Positions 38,058 to 47,712 of a DNA stretch of 64,000 bases are shown here, in pieces. This DNA is from Dehalococcoidia bacterium (GTDB lineage: Bacteria > Chloroflexota > Dehalococcoidia > SZUA-161), in assembly GCA_011174795.1 (NCBI GenBank), contig DUEY01000004.1, positions 101-64,100 of the forward strand. Direction: 5' to 3'. Within the stretch, counting starts at the first letter, position 1; every line of letters starts with the position of its first letter. The notes under the pieces were generated by a model that worked only from the letters and a program-made list of their open reading frames with translations, had not been told where the DNA came from and did no database searches. A program made the position numbers and the translations under genes.

Positions 38058-40493
38058 CTAGTTCCTCAACGGCCTGTTAGTCTCCAGCATGTGCTTCATC
38101 CGTGCCTGGGTTTTCTCCTCGCCGCACAAGGAGAGGAAGGCTTCCCTCTCCAGGTCCAGCAGGTACTCCTCCGTCACCAGGGTGTCCTGGTCGACATCGC
38201 CACCCGTCAGCACATACGCCAGCTTCTTTGCGATGTGGGCGTCGTGGTCGGTTATATATTCCCCTCCCCTCATCAGATAGACTATGAGTTCGAGAATCGC
38301 CCTGCCCGTCCTTCCGGTTACCCTGATCTCATTCCTTGGCCTCGGTGGGCGGTAGCCCTCCCTGGCGAGGGCGAGCGCCGATTGCTTGGCGTCGTACAGC
38401 AGATGGTCCTGGTTCATCGTTATCATGTCGTGAGGGCGCAGGTAATCCAGTTCCAGTGCTTCGCGCGCGCAGGTAGATACCTTGGCCATGGCGATGGTCT
38501 CGAATATCCTCGCCACGTAGGGGATGATGTCGGGCTTCCCTCCGCCGGGTACCGCGCTGGGGACGCTGGGGGGCACCCAGTCGACAGCCCTCAGCATCAA
38601 TTCTTTATTCCCGCCACCGCTGGGAATGAGCCCCACCCCGAACTCCACCAGCCCCATATAAGCCTCGGCATGTGCCCTTATCATACTTGCCGCCATACAA
38701 ACCTCGCATCCCCCGCCCAGGGTCATGCGAAAGGGCGCGGCAAGGACCGGCTTCTCGGAATACTTGATGCGCATGCACGCCTGCTGGAAATTCCTTGTCG
38801 CAAGCTCAAGGCTGTCCCAGTCTTTGTTCTGCGTTGCGGGGAAAATTTGCTTCAAGTCCGCCCCCACGCAGAAGTTAGTGCCTTGGTTGCCGATGACGAG
38901 CCCCTCGAAGTTCTCCTCCACCTCGGCAACGCTCTCGCTTATCATCTGGATAACATCGGGGTCGATGGCATTGTTGGGGGAGTTGAACTCCAGGCAGACG
39001 ACGCCGTCACCCATGTCAACCAGGCTGGCGCCGGCATTGGACCTGACCAGCTTCGCCCTCTCCTTAATCGAAGGGAGTATGATAATCTGCGGCTTTGTTT
39101 CGATCTCCTCGTAGTCCGCTTTGCCGAAGTCGTAATAATAGCGCTGCCCGTCCCGTTTCTCGTAGAAACGCTCTCTTCCTGAGGCGAGCATCCGCTCTAT
39201 GTTGTCCGGTATCCTTTCCCCCTCCTTCTCCATCCGCTCCACGGATGCCCTGAGCCCTATGGCATCCCAGGTCTCGAAGGGGCCGAGGTCCCAGTTGAAT
39301 CCCCACCTCATAGCCCGGTCGATGCTCACTATATCGTCCGCTATCTCGGGAACCCGGGCGGCGCAGTAGGGCAGCATCCTCTTGAGCACCTTCCAGGCAA
39401 AGCTTCCCGCCTTTTCCTCCGAATTAACCAGCGTATGCAGCCTCGCCGCGGGGTCAGCAACCTTTCTCAGTTCATCCAGGACGGGGAGGGCGACCTTCCT
39501 CTGGGGAACGTAGTCCATGGTGTTGTAGTCCAGCGCATGTATCTCGGAACCTGCTGTGCCCAGCACCTTCTTGTAGAATCCCATCTGTGTCTTGTCGCCC
39601 AGGAGCCCCCTCTCCACCATCTGTTTGACGAACTCGGGGACAGCTAGCTGCCGCTTCTCCTCTTCGCCCTCTATGTTGTCGCAGACATTCTGTGCCACCT
39701 TGATGAAGGTGTCCAGCCCAACCATATCCGATGTCCTGAAGGAGGCACTCTTCGGCCTGCCCATAGGCGGACCGGTGATAGCATCCGCCTCCTCGATGGT
39801 GTATCTATCCTCGACCATGGTGTTCATAACCCCGATAACAGCGTGGGCGCCGATTCTATTGGCGATGAAGTTGGGCGTGTCCTTGGCGAACACAATGCTC
39901 TTGCCCAGCCGTACCTCGCAGAATTCCGCCACGAAAGCCAGCACCTCTTTTTCGGTGAGCCTCCCCGGTATGATTTCGAGCAGCTTCATGTGCCTCGGCG
40001 GGTTGAAGAAGTGCGTCCCCAGGAAGCGTGCTTTTATTCCCTCCGGTAGCTCCTCCGATATTCTCTCGATAGAGAGACCGGAGGTGTTCGTGCTGAGGAT
40101 GGCGCCGGGCTTTAGATGCGGCTCGACCTTGCGCAGCAGTTCCTTCTTTATCTCGAGGTCCTCTGCTACCGCCTCGATAATCCAGTCGGCGTCGGAGAGC
40201 CAGTGCAGGTGATCCTCAAAATTGCCCGGGGTGATAAGTCCGGCGTCCTCGGGAACATACATCGCGGGCGGCCTTGCGCCGATGGTGCCCTGTATACCTG
40301 TTCTGGCGAGCTTGCTCCTGAACTCGGGGGACTCTACGGTCAGCCCTTTTTTCTTGTCCTGCTCGTCAGGCTCACCGGGGACGATATCCAGGAGGTACGT
40401 GGGGATGTCCACGCCCGCAAGCAGGGCGGCTATCCTGCTCCCCATGATGCCGGCGCCGAGGACCGCCGCCTTCTTGACTTTAGTACCCTTCAT
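38058..40493 (-). CDS. Bifunctional 3-hydroxyacyl-CoA dehydrogenase / enoyl-CoA hydratase (FadN/FadB-type, dehydrogenase domain N-terminal)
   Basis: N-terminal Rossmann motif VLGAGIMGSRIA. The C-terminal half is crotonase-like (FCVGADL, PVLAAPFRMTLGGGCE). Confidence 0.85.
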   Translation of the reverse strand: MKGTKVKKAAVLGAGIMGSRIAALLAGVDIPTYLLDIVPGEPDEQDKKKGLTVESPEFRSKLARTGIQGTIGARPPAMYVPEDAGLITPGNFEDHLHWLSDADWIIEAVAEDLEIKKELLRKVEPHLKPGAILSTNTSGLSIERISEELPEGIKARFLGTHFFNPPRHMKLLEIIPGRLTEKEVLAFVAEFCEVRLGKSIVFAKDTPNFIANRIGAHAVIGVMNTMVEDRYTIEEADAITGPPMGRPKSASFRTSDMVGLDTFIKVAQNVCDNIEGEEEKRQLAVPEFVKQMVERGLLGDKTQMGFYKKVLGTAGSEIHALDYNTMDYVPQRKVALPVLDELRKVADPAARLHTLVNSEEKAGSFAWKVLKRMLPYCAARVPEIADDIVSIDRAMRWGFNWDLGPFETWDAIGLRASVERMEKEGERIPDNIERMLASGRERFYEKRDGQRYYYDFGKADYEEIETKPQIIILPSIKERAKLVRSNAGASLVDMGDGVVCLEFNSPNNAIDPDVIQMISESVAEVEENFEGLVIGNQGTNFCVGADLKQIFPATQNKDWDSLELATRNFQQACMRIKYSEKPVLAAPFRMTLGGGCEVCMAASMIRAHAEAYMGLVEFGVGLIPSGGGNKELMLRAVDWVPPSVPSAVPGGGKPDIIPYVARIFETIAMAKVSTCAREALELDYLRPHDMITMNQDHLLYDAKQSALALAREGYRPPRPRNEIRVTGRTGRAILELIVYLMRGGEYITDHDAHIAKKLAYVLTGGDVDQDTLVTEEYLLDLEREAFLSLCGEEKTQARMKHMLETNRPLRN

Positions 40494-40644
40494 GCTACTC
40501 CTTGGTCCTTACCTTAAGAAATATTCTAGGTATCTGCGGGGTTACGTATGACCATTCTTGAGAGGCTTAGTCCAGCAATTTTTTGTATGGGGATGTTAGG
40601 ATAGCCCCTTGCCCGCGACTTGTCAAGATTACCCTTTGTCTGCA

Positions 40645-40798
40645 TACCGTTCGGTCATGGTTGGTATGATTCTTAAAGTACCGTGTTTTAAAACCGTTCG
40701 TGGTGAGCTTGTCGAACCATGAACGCCCTTCGACAGGCTCAGGGCGAACGGAAAACAATTGCCTAAACTCAACTATATATATCAACTAAAACCGAACG
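40645..40798 (-). mobile_element. MITE-like element, copy D (inverted orientation), flanked by a 16-bp direct repeat
   Basis: It is the reverse complement of copies B and C (taccgttcgg...ccgaacg). TTACCCTTTGTCTGCA is present at 40629-40644 and 40799-40814. Confidence 0.75.
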
Positions 40799-40828
40799 TT
40801 ACCCTTTGTCTGCAACCCCTTAAAAGGG

Positions 40829-40857
40829 TTGACAACGGCGCTTTCTAGTGGTATATG
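40829..40857 (+). promoter_or_regulatory. Sigma-70-like promoter for the liv-type operon
   Basis: TTGACA (40829-34), a 17-nt spacer, then TATATG (40852-57), about 95 nt upstream of the ATG at 40951. Confidence 0.45.
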
Positions 40858-40950
40858 TCAGCCAACTCAATAAATAATAAGGAAGGGGGGTGGTAATATC
40901 GGCTTTACCTGAGCACGTAATGGAAGCAAATTATATCAAGGAGGTTACAG

Positions 40951-42240
40951 ATGAAGTGGTTGACGAAGGGTGCCATTATTTTATTGATAGCCTGCCTGGT
41001 ACTGGCGGCGGTAAGTTGCGGCGAGGAGGAGGAAGTTAAGGAGCTCAGAATAGGCGTGATAGGCCCAATGCAGTTCCAGCATGGCCAGCATCACTGGGCG
41101 GGAGCTACCTTAGCGGCGGATGAGATCAACGCCGCCGGCGGTATACAGGTGGGAGAAGACTCGTACACGGTAACGCTCGTTCAGGTCGACTCGAACGAGC
41201 TTGTCAGTGTTACCGATGCCTCCAGCGCGGCGGAGGAAGCGATTACCCTGGATAACGTCGACGTCTTGATGGGAACAATTAGAAGCGAGGCGGCGTTAGC
41301 GGTCCAGGAAGTGGCTATGGACTACGAGACGATATTTATGGTCTGCGGCTCCAGTACAGTAGAAATGTCTAATAAAGTGGCAGATGACTATGACCGCTAC
41401 AAGTACTGGTTCAGGATAACACCGGTCAACGATCTTTACCTTGGGCAGTTGAACTTCCTACTCGTGGGAATGGTCGCGCAGAAGATAGGGGCGGAGCTCA
41501 TGATGCCGCCGAAGTTAGCCGTAATGGCGGAGAAAGCGGCGTGGACGGAAAGTATAGTAGCCGCTGCACAAGCCTATCTTCCTCCACAGGGGATAGAGGT
41601 CATAGGTGTCTGGCAGCCATCCGATAAGGCCACCGATGTTACCGCTGAGCTGACAGCTATAGAAGACGCAGGGGCCAACATGATCATGACCGCCCTGTCC
41701 GGGACGGTAGGCATCCCCTACGCCAGAGCATGGGAGGAACTGGAGATACCGGCGGCTTCGGTCGGCATCAACGTGATGGCACAGGCCGATGACTTCTTCG
41801 AGAACACGGGCGGATTCGGTAACTACGAGACGACTCTCAACACCCTGGCTCGTGATGTAGAATTGACGGAGATGACGCTTCCGTTTATAGATGCCTTCAT
41901 TGAAGAGACGGGAGAGATGCCCACCTATAATGCCGGAACCTATGACGCCATCTACATCCTGAAAGAAGCGATTGAGCGTGCCGACAGCGTAGATGCGGAT
42001 GACATCGTTGTGGAACTGGAGAACACCGATTACGACGGTGTCGCCGGCCACTTCGTTTTCGACGACAATCACGATGTAACATGGGGCCCGGGCTACATAA
42101 CGGCGCTGGGTGTCCAGTGGCAGGACGGTGAGCTTGTAGGAATCTGGCCGCCCGCTGACGGTTCCTGGAATGGCGTTGTCTATGAGGGCATCGTAGACTA
42201 TGAGCTGCCTTCCTGGGTTGTCGAGTACTGGACGCAGTAG
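40951..42240 (+). CDS. ABC transporter substrate-binding lipoprotein (LivJ/branched-chain amino-acid family fold)
   Basis: Lipobox LAAVSCG after a hydrophobic signal peptide, followed by a type-I periplasmic binding fold. An AAGGAGG RBS is present. Confidence 0.85.
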   Translation: MKWLTKGAIILLIACLVLAAVSCGEEEEVKELRIGVIGPMQFQHGQHHWAGATLAADEINAAGGIQVGEDSYTVTLVQVDSNELVSVTDASSAAEEAITLDNVDVLMGTIRSEAALAVQEVAMDYETIFMVCGSSTVEMSNKVADDYDRYKYWFRITPVNDLYLGQLNFLLVGMVAQKIGAELMMPPKLAVMAEKAAWTESIVAAAQAYLPPQGIEVIGVWQPSDKATDVTAELTAIEDAGANMIMTALSGTVGIPYARAWEELEIPAASVGINVMAQADDFFENTGGFGNYETTLNTLARDVELTEMTLPFIDAFIEETGEMPTYNAGTYDAIYILKEAIERADSVDADDIVVELENTDYDGVAGHFVFDDNHDVTWGPGYITALGVQWQDGELVGIWPPADGSWNGVVYEGIVDYELPSWVVEYWTQ

Positions 42241-42323
42241 CGCCTGTTGTCAGAACGCTGCCAATGCAGGTTGAGAATTAACCTGATACTGATATAGGTA
42301 TAGCAGGGTTGAACTAGGGGTAT

Positions 42324-42355
42324 CCCCTCGGCAAGGGATTTCCCTTGCCGAGGGG
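42324..42355 (+). promoter_or_regulatory. Intra-operon stem-loop after the binding-protein gene
   Basis: cccctcggcaaggga-tt-tcccttgccgagggg gives 15-bp perfect arms. It lies between the stop at 42240 and the start at 42393. Confidence 0.5.
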
Positions 42356-42392
42356 GTATGTACTATAGACGTATCTATAAGCTGGATAGCAT

Positions 42393-43265
42393 ATGGCAGA
42401 GAACATAATAATCAACGGTCTTGTCTTGAGCGGGGTTTATGCCCTGCTCGCTATCGGTTTCTCCCTCATATTCGGCGTCGCGCGTATAGTCAACCTCGCC
42501 CACACGGCCTTCTATATGCTTGCCGCTTATCTCATCTATAGCCTGGCCGTTACTGCAGGGCTGAACCTATACCTTTCTATTTTTCTCGCCATCGTCATCG
42601 TCGTTATCACCGGTATGCTCAGCTACAGGCTGGTCATCGCCCGCATCCGCCAGCACGAGGCTACAACCCTTATCGTTACTATTGCCTTGGCTGTCATACT
42701 GCAGGAAGCCCTCCTTAAGGGGTTCGGCGGTACCCCCAGAAGCGTCCCTAAAATCATTTCAGGTTCAACTGAGATATTCGGAGTTGCGGTGCTTAATCAG
42801 CAGATCCTTACATTTGGCATCGTACTCCTCCTGTTGGTAGCCACCTGGCTGTTTCTGATGAAGACGAGGACCGGCGTAGCCATCAGGTCTACCGCTCAGG
42901 ACAGGGAAGTGGCCAATCTGATGGGGATTAACGTCCCCCGGATGGAGATGACCACCATGGCTATCTCGGCAGCGCTTGCGGCGGTCGCAGGTGCGCTCGT
43001 AGCCCCTTTGCTCGTGCTGACCCCCGGAATGTGGACGCACCCCCTGGTGATGGTCCTCGCCATAGTCGTGCTGGGTGGTCTCGGAAGCCTCAAAGGCAGC
43101 CTGATAGGTGCATTCATCCTGGGATTCGCCGAGAACCTTGTCATTTTCTTGGCGCCGTCAGGCTCCTACCTCAAAACGTCGGTCGCCCTGACCATTATGA
43201 TTATTGTGATATTAATCAGGCCTGAAGGCCTTTTCGGCGTGGTATTCGAGGAAGAGCGAGGATGA
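42393..43265 (+). CDS. livH: ABC transporter permease (LivH-type)
   Basis: A polytopic membrane protein with the LivH-like N-terminus NGLVLSGVYALLAIGFSLIFG. Confidence 0.8.
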   Translation: MAENIIINGLVLSGVYALLAIGFSLIFGVARIVNLAHTAFYMLAAYLIYSLAVTAGLNLYLSIFLAIVIVVITGMLSYRLVIARIRQHEATTLIVTIALAVILQEALLKGFGGTPRSVPKIISGSTEIFGVAVLNQQILTFGIVLLLLVATWLFLMKTRTGVAIRSTAQDREVANLMGINVPRMEMTTMAISAALAAVAGALVAPLLVLTPGMWTHPLVMVLAIVVLGGLGSLKGSLIGAFILGFAENLVIFLAPSGSYLKTSVALTIMIIVILIRPEGLFGVVFEEERG

Positions 43266-44317
43266 ACATACTCTCCTTTTACGTATCAAGGTCATATCAA
43301 TTCTTGAGAGGGGAAATACTCGTTATCCCCAGCAGGACTATAGCGCTGCTCCTCTGCCTTTTTCTCCTGTTCTTCCCCCTCATATCGGCAAATGATTTCA
43401 TACTCCGCGTCCTGATATTAGCCAGCATCTACGCTATCTTCGCGGCGAGCTGGGACCTCCTGTCCGGCTACACCGGCCAGATCAACTTCGGGCACGCCCT
43501 CTTCTTCGGTGTAGCCGCCTATACGGCGGGTCTGCTGAATTACAACCTCGACTTGGCGCCCTGGGCTACGATACCTATCGGCGCTTTAGCCGCTGTCGTC
43601 GCGGGACTAGTTATTGGGATTCCGTGCCTTCGATTGCGGGGAACCTATCTTGCTTTTGCTACCCTTGCATTTCCCCTGATCCTGTTAGGCGTTGTCTCTG
43701 CCATTTCCAGTATCACCGGGGGCGAGCGAGGGTTTTCGGGGGTTGACCCTCTCGCTGGGTCGCGGGTTGCCTCGTATTACATTGTCTTTCCCTCGATGAT
43801 GGTCCTGGGGTTCATCATGTGGAAGATCGCGGACTCTAATACGGGCCTCATCTTCCACGCTATACGGGAGGACGAGGTCACCGCAAGGGCATCGGGGATA
43901 AATACGACGCGGTACAAGCTGCTTGCCTTCTGTCTGAGCGGGCTTTTCGCTGGAATAGCGGGAGGCATGTATGTACACTTCATGAAGGTCGCGGGGCCTT
44001 CGACGCTGGAGCTTCTGCTTTCGTTTCAGGTTATCATATGGGCTGTATTCGGGGGAATCGCCACAATCTACGGGCCGATAGCCGGCGTCTTTATCCTCTA
44101 CCCGCTGCGGGAGTTTCTGCTATCTAGGTATCTCCATGTACCGGGGGAGCTAACGATGCTCATATTTGCCTGTATAGTATTGATAGTACTCTTATTCATG
44201 CCGCAGGGCCTCATAACATGGCTGCGGGATAAGACGGAGAAGATATGCCCCAGGTGTAAGCTCCAGAATGTGGCCACGCGAAGTAAATGCCGCGTTTGTA
44301 CGGCGGATTTAGACTAG
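43262..44317 (+). CDS. livM: ABC transporter permease (LivM-type) with C-terminal CxxC...CxxC zinc-ribbon tail
   Basis: SWDLLSGYTGQINFGHALFFG. The C-terminus is CPRCKLQNVATRSKCRVCTADLD. The gene overlaps the livH stop by 4 nt. Confidence 0.8.
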   Translation: MNILSFYVSRSYQFLRGEILVIPSRTIALLLCLFLLFFPLISANDFILRVLILASIYAIFAASWDLLSGYTGQINFGHALFFGVAAYTAGLLNYNLDLAPWATIPIGALAAVVAGLVIGIPCLRLRGTYLAFATLAFPLILLGVVSAISSITGGERGFSGVDPLAGSRVASYYIVFPSMMVLGFIMWKIADSNTGLIFHAIREDEVTARASGINTTRYKLLAFCLSGLFAGIAGGMYVHFMKVAGPSTLELLLSFQVIIWAVFGGIATIYGPIAGVFILYPLREFLLSRYLHVPGELTMLIFACIVLIVLLFMPQGLITWLRDKTEKICPRCKLQNVATRSKCRVCTADLD

Positions 44318-44328
44318 CAGTTATGCAG

Positions 44329-45078
44329 CTAGAGACCGAGGTATGTCTTCCTCACGGTCTCGTCTTTCAGCAACTCCTCGCCGCTTCCCTCAGCGATCAC
44401 CTTTCCGTGCGAGAGAACGTAGTTTCTCCGGGCCAATTGGAAAGCTGCGCTGATATCCTGCTCGACCAGGAGAACGGAGATTCCCGAATCCCGTATCTCT
44501 TGTATGCGCTTAAACAGCTCATCCTTCAACTTCGAGGAGAGCCCGGTTGAAGGCTCATCGATACACAGGAGCCTCGGCTGGCCCATCAATGCCCGCCCGA
44601 TGGCGAGCATCTGGCGCTCGCCCCCGGACAGCGTCCCCGATATCTGCTTGCCACGCTCTCTGAGCACGGGAAATAACTGATAGACTTTGTCAAGATGTGT
44701 TTTTACCTCCTCCCTGTCCTTATAGAGGTAGGCGCCCGCCTTCAGATTGTCCGAGACCGTCATCTCTGTGAACACCCGGGCTCGCTCGGGGCAGTGTAAC
44801 AACCCCCTCTCTGCGATCTGGTGCGGCTCTAGGGTGTCGATCCGCTCTCCGGCGAAGTGAACGGTGCCTTCAATGGTTATGTCCCCAGCCCGCGTACCCC
44901 TCATCGCATCCTTTTCCCATCTCACCAGCCCGGTTATGGCTCGAAGCAGCGTTGACTTTCCGGCACCGTTCGGCCCCACCAGACTTACCAGCTCCCCTTC
45001 CTCGACTTTTAAACTCAGGTCATTGAGAAGCATGGCCGTGGCGTAGCAGACGGTGAGACCCTTCACTTCGAGAAGCAA
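44329..45078 (-). CDS. livF: ABC transporter ATP-binding protein (LivF-type)
   Basis: Walker A GPNGAGKST, signature LSGGERQM, Walker B LLCIDEPS. Confidence 0.85.
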   Translation of the reverse strand: MLLEVKGLTVCYATAMLLNDLSLKVEEGELVSLVGPNGAGKSTLLRAITGLVRWEKDAMRGTRAGDITIEGTVHFAGERIDTLEPHQIAERGLLHCPERARVFTEMTVSDNLKAGAYLYKDREEVKTHLDKVYQLFPVLRERGKQISGTLSGGERQMLAIGRALMGQPRLLCIDEPSTGLSSKLKDELFKRIQEIRDSGISVLLVEQDISAAFQLARRNYVLSHGKVIAEGSGEELLKDETVRKTYLGL

Positions 45079-45079
45079 C

Positions 45080-45847
45080 TCAACAAACCCCCTTGCCCAT
45101 GCAGGCCTCGATCACCCTTTCGTCCTTGACTACATCCTCTGGTGTGCCATCGGCGATAACCTCGCCGAAATCGAGCACTATCACCCGGTTCACGATTCTC
45201 ATCAATTCCGCCAGCTTGTGTTCGATAATAACCATAGCCGGCCCCTCGCTATGCAGCCTGCCGAACCTGCCCCCTTTGTGTAACCTTCTCACCGATTTCG
45301 CCAGCAGGTCAGTCTCGGCAGGATTCAATCCGCTGAACGGCTCATCGAGCAGCAGCAGCTCAGGCTCGGTGGCGATCGCCCGCGCTATCTCCAGACGCTT
45401 CAGATCCCCGTGAGATAGACAGGAGGCCGGCTCGAGGGCGAGGTCGGATATACCCACAAATTCCAGCGCATCTATAGCCTTGGCCTCGATGTTCTTGACC
45501 CACTCCCCCTTTTTCATAGCCCGGGGGCAGAGGCATGCCACCATGACGTTGGCGATGATGGGCAGGCGAAGAAACGGCCTGGTGACCTGAAAGGTTCCCG
45601 CAATTCCATGGTTGACTATGTCCCAGGGTTTAGCCTTGGTGATATCACTGCCCCGCAATCTCACCCTGCCCGAATCGGGCTTCAGTATGCCTGTTATCAG
45701 GCGCAGCAGCGTCGTCTTTCCCGCCCCGTTCGGACCTATCAAGCCCACGACCTCATCCCTGCCGATCTGGAAGCTGACCCCGTTAACAGCGGTGAGGCCG
45801 CCGAAGCGCCTGGTCAGGTTCTCTACCTCAAAAAAGGGAGGGGTCAC
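45080..45847 (-). CDS. livG: ABC transporter ATP-binding protein (LivG-type)
   Basis: GPNGAGKTT, LSHGDLKRLEIARA, LLLLDEPFSG. Confidence 0.85.
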   Translation of the reverse strand: MTPPFFEVENLTRRFGGLTAVNGVSFQIGRDEVVGLIGPNGAGKTTLLRLITGILKPDSGRVRLRGSDITKAKPWDIVNHGIAGTFQVTRPFLRLPIIANVMVACLCPRAMKKGEWVKNIEAKAIDALEFVGISDLALEPASCLSHGDLKRLEIARAIATEPELLLLDEPFSGLNPAETDLLAKSVRRLHKGGRFGRLHSEGPAMVIIEHKLAELMRIVNRVIVLDFGEVIADGTPEDVVKDERVIEACMGKGVC

Positions 45848-45848
45848 C

Positions 45849-47555
45849 TTATTCCTCCTCGAGTTCTTCCCTGAGTTCCCGGTGGGATACCTTGCCCACG
45901 TCTGTCTTCGGTAGCTCCCCCCGGAACTCCACGATCTTCGGGACCTTATAGTGGGCTAACCGCTCCTCACAATACTTCATTATCTCCTCTTCGGATATCC
46001 TGCCCCTCGCCTCGGCTTGGAGAACCACGACTGCCTTGATTAGCTGTCCCACGACGGGGTCGGGGACTCCGAAAACCCCCGCTGCCTTGACCTGCGGGTG
46101 GTCATGTAGTACCTCCTCTATCTCACGGGCGAAAACCGAATAGCCCTTATACTTTATCATGTCCTTCTTCCGGTCGTAGAAGAAGAAGTAGCCCTCCTCG
46201 TCCATCCTGACCAGGTCGCCCGTCCTCAGCCAGGTTTTACCATCCAGCTCGATCAAGGTTGCTTTCGTATCCTCAGGCCGCTTCCAGTAGCCCTGCATCA
46301 CATTTTCTCCCCGGAGTAGCATCTCGCCTATCTCCCCGGGCGGAATGAACTCGCTGGTGTCAGGATTAACGACCGCCGCGGTAACACCGGGGAGGGGAAC
46401 ACCGAATGAACCGACCTTCGGCCTTCCCAGCGGGTTGAGGTGAGATACTCCACTGCTCTCGGTTAGACCGTAACCTTCCTGAATCTTGGCCCCCGTCCTT
46501 CTCTCCCAATCGTTGATAGTCGATTCATGGAGGGTATCAGCGCCGGAGACGAGGATCTTGAGACCCTTCCAATTGAACCTGTCGGTCTTATCGTAATCCT
46601 TGAGGAACTGGTATGCGGTGGGCACGCTGTAGAACGCTGTCGCTCTGTACCGTTGCATAGCGGACAGGACTTCATCGATGTCGGGCGTGGTGATAAGGAT
46701 GAGGGTTGATCCCATGAATAACCCGCCCAGCATGACCACGACCTGGCCATATATGTGATAGAACGGCAGCAGTGCCGGAATAACCTCTTTACCCTCCTCA
46801 AATGTGGGCCAGCAGGCCTGAATCTGCTTCTGGCAAGCGAGCAGATTGTGGTGGGTCAACACGGCACCTTTAGGCAAGCCTGTGGTTCCCCCGGTATAGG
46901 GGAGCACAGCTATATCTTCCTTGGCGTTTACCTCGATTGTGGGCGGATTTGGCGGGTAATCCTTCATCAGCTTCTGGAACTGATGTAAGCCGTGGCTCTC
47001 AATAATCTGCTGGCTGGGGCCTTCCATGCCGGCATATCTCCCCAGCTTGCTTTTCCCCGCCAGCTTCTTGGAGAGAGGCAGATACTCTCCCACGTTCGTG
47101 AGAATCACGTTCTTGAGAGCTACCCCCGCCCTTTCAACATTGTCATAAAGGAAATCCTGACACACTATGGACTTGGCTTCGCTGTCTTCAAGCTGATGCT
47201 TTACCTCGATGCTGGTATAGACCGGGCTGATCGGCGTTAGCGTAGCCCCCGCTCTCAGTGCGCCGAAATAGGCGATAATGTATTGAGGGCTGTTCAGCAG
47301 GTAGAGGGCGACCCTGTCCCCCTTCTCAATCCCTAGTTCATGCAATACCGTGGCGAATCTGTCGATATACTCCCTCAGATTTTTAAAGCTTATCTGCTTA
47401 CCATAGAATATGAGCGCAGTCCTGTCGGCATACTTACTGGCTACCTCATCGAAGACTTCCGACAAAGAGCGGTCGGGAACCTCAACGTCTGCCGGGACGC
47501 CTTCGGGATAGAATTTCAGCCACGGCCTTTCCTCGTACCGAGCTTTAGCCTCCAT
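45849..47555 (-). CDS. Acyl-CoA ligase (AMP-forming)
   Basis: The start is placed at MEAKARYEERPW (aa 14 of the ORF) after a GGAGGTGGAGG RBS. Motifs are YTGGTTGLPKGA, GYGLTES, RTGDLV and PKTDVGKV. Confidence 0.85.
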   Translation of the reverse strand: MEAKARYEERPWLKFYPEGVPADVEVPDRSLSEVFDEVASKYADRTALIFYGKQISFKNLREYIDRFATVLHELGIEKGDRVALYLLNSPQYIIAYFGALRAGATLTPISPVYTSIEVKHQLEDSEAKSIVCQDFLYDNVERAGVALKNVILTNVGEYLPLSKKLAGKSKLGRYAGMEGPSQQIIESHGLHQFQKLMKDYPPNPPTIEVNAKEDIAVLPYTGGTTGLPKGAVLTHHNLLACQKQIQACWPTFEEGKEVIPALLPFYHIYGQVVVMLGGLFMGSTLILITTPDIDEVLSAMQRYRATAFYSVPTAYQFLKDYDKTDRFNWKGLKILVSGADTLHESTINDWERRTGAKIQEGYGLTESSGVSHLNPLGRPKVGSFGVPLPGVTAAVVNPDTSEFIPPGEIGEMLLRGENVMQGYWKRPEDTKATLIELDGKTWLRTGDLVRMDEEGYFFFYDRKKDMIKYKGYSVFAREIEEVLHDHPQVKAAGVFGVPDPVVGQLIKAVVVLQAEARGRISEEEIMKYCEERLAHYKVPKIVEFRGELPKTDVGKVSHRELREELEEE

Positions 47556-47683
47556 AATCCTCCACCTCCGATATATTTTCAGTAGACCAAACAATACCGC
47601 GCAGAGGGACTCATGTCAAGGATAGCCTGTCGGCAGTACGGAGGGCGATGAGAAAGATGATGAGAACCTGGCTGAAATACTCC

Positions 47684-47712
47684 TTGACAGGGTTGACAGC
47701 ATGTGTTATGAT
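47684..47712 (+). promoter_or_regulatory. Sigma-70-like promoter of the PadR-family gene
   Basis: TTGACA (47684-89), 17 nt, then TATGAT (47707-12). A second TTGACA lies at 47693-98. Confidence 0.5.

Noticed and set aside
37470-39182. Long plus-strand ORFs (570 aa here; also 37093-38061, 15531-16448, 16482-17480, 4128-4922 and 32832-33545) lying antisense to well-supported genes
   Set aside because: They lie opposite genes with clear family motifs. Their composition is low-complexity and rich in Arg, Pro, Gly and His, as expected for antisense frames of GC-rich coding DNA. They lack ribosome-binding sites.
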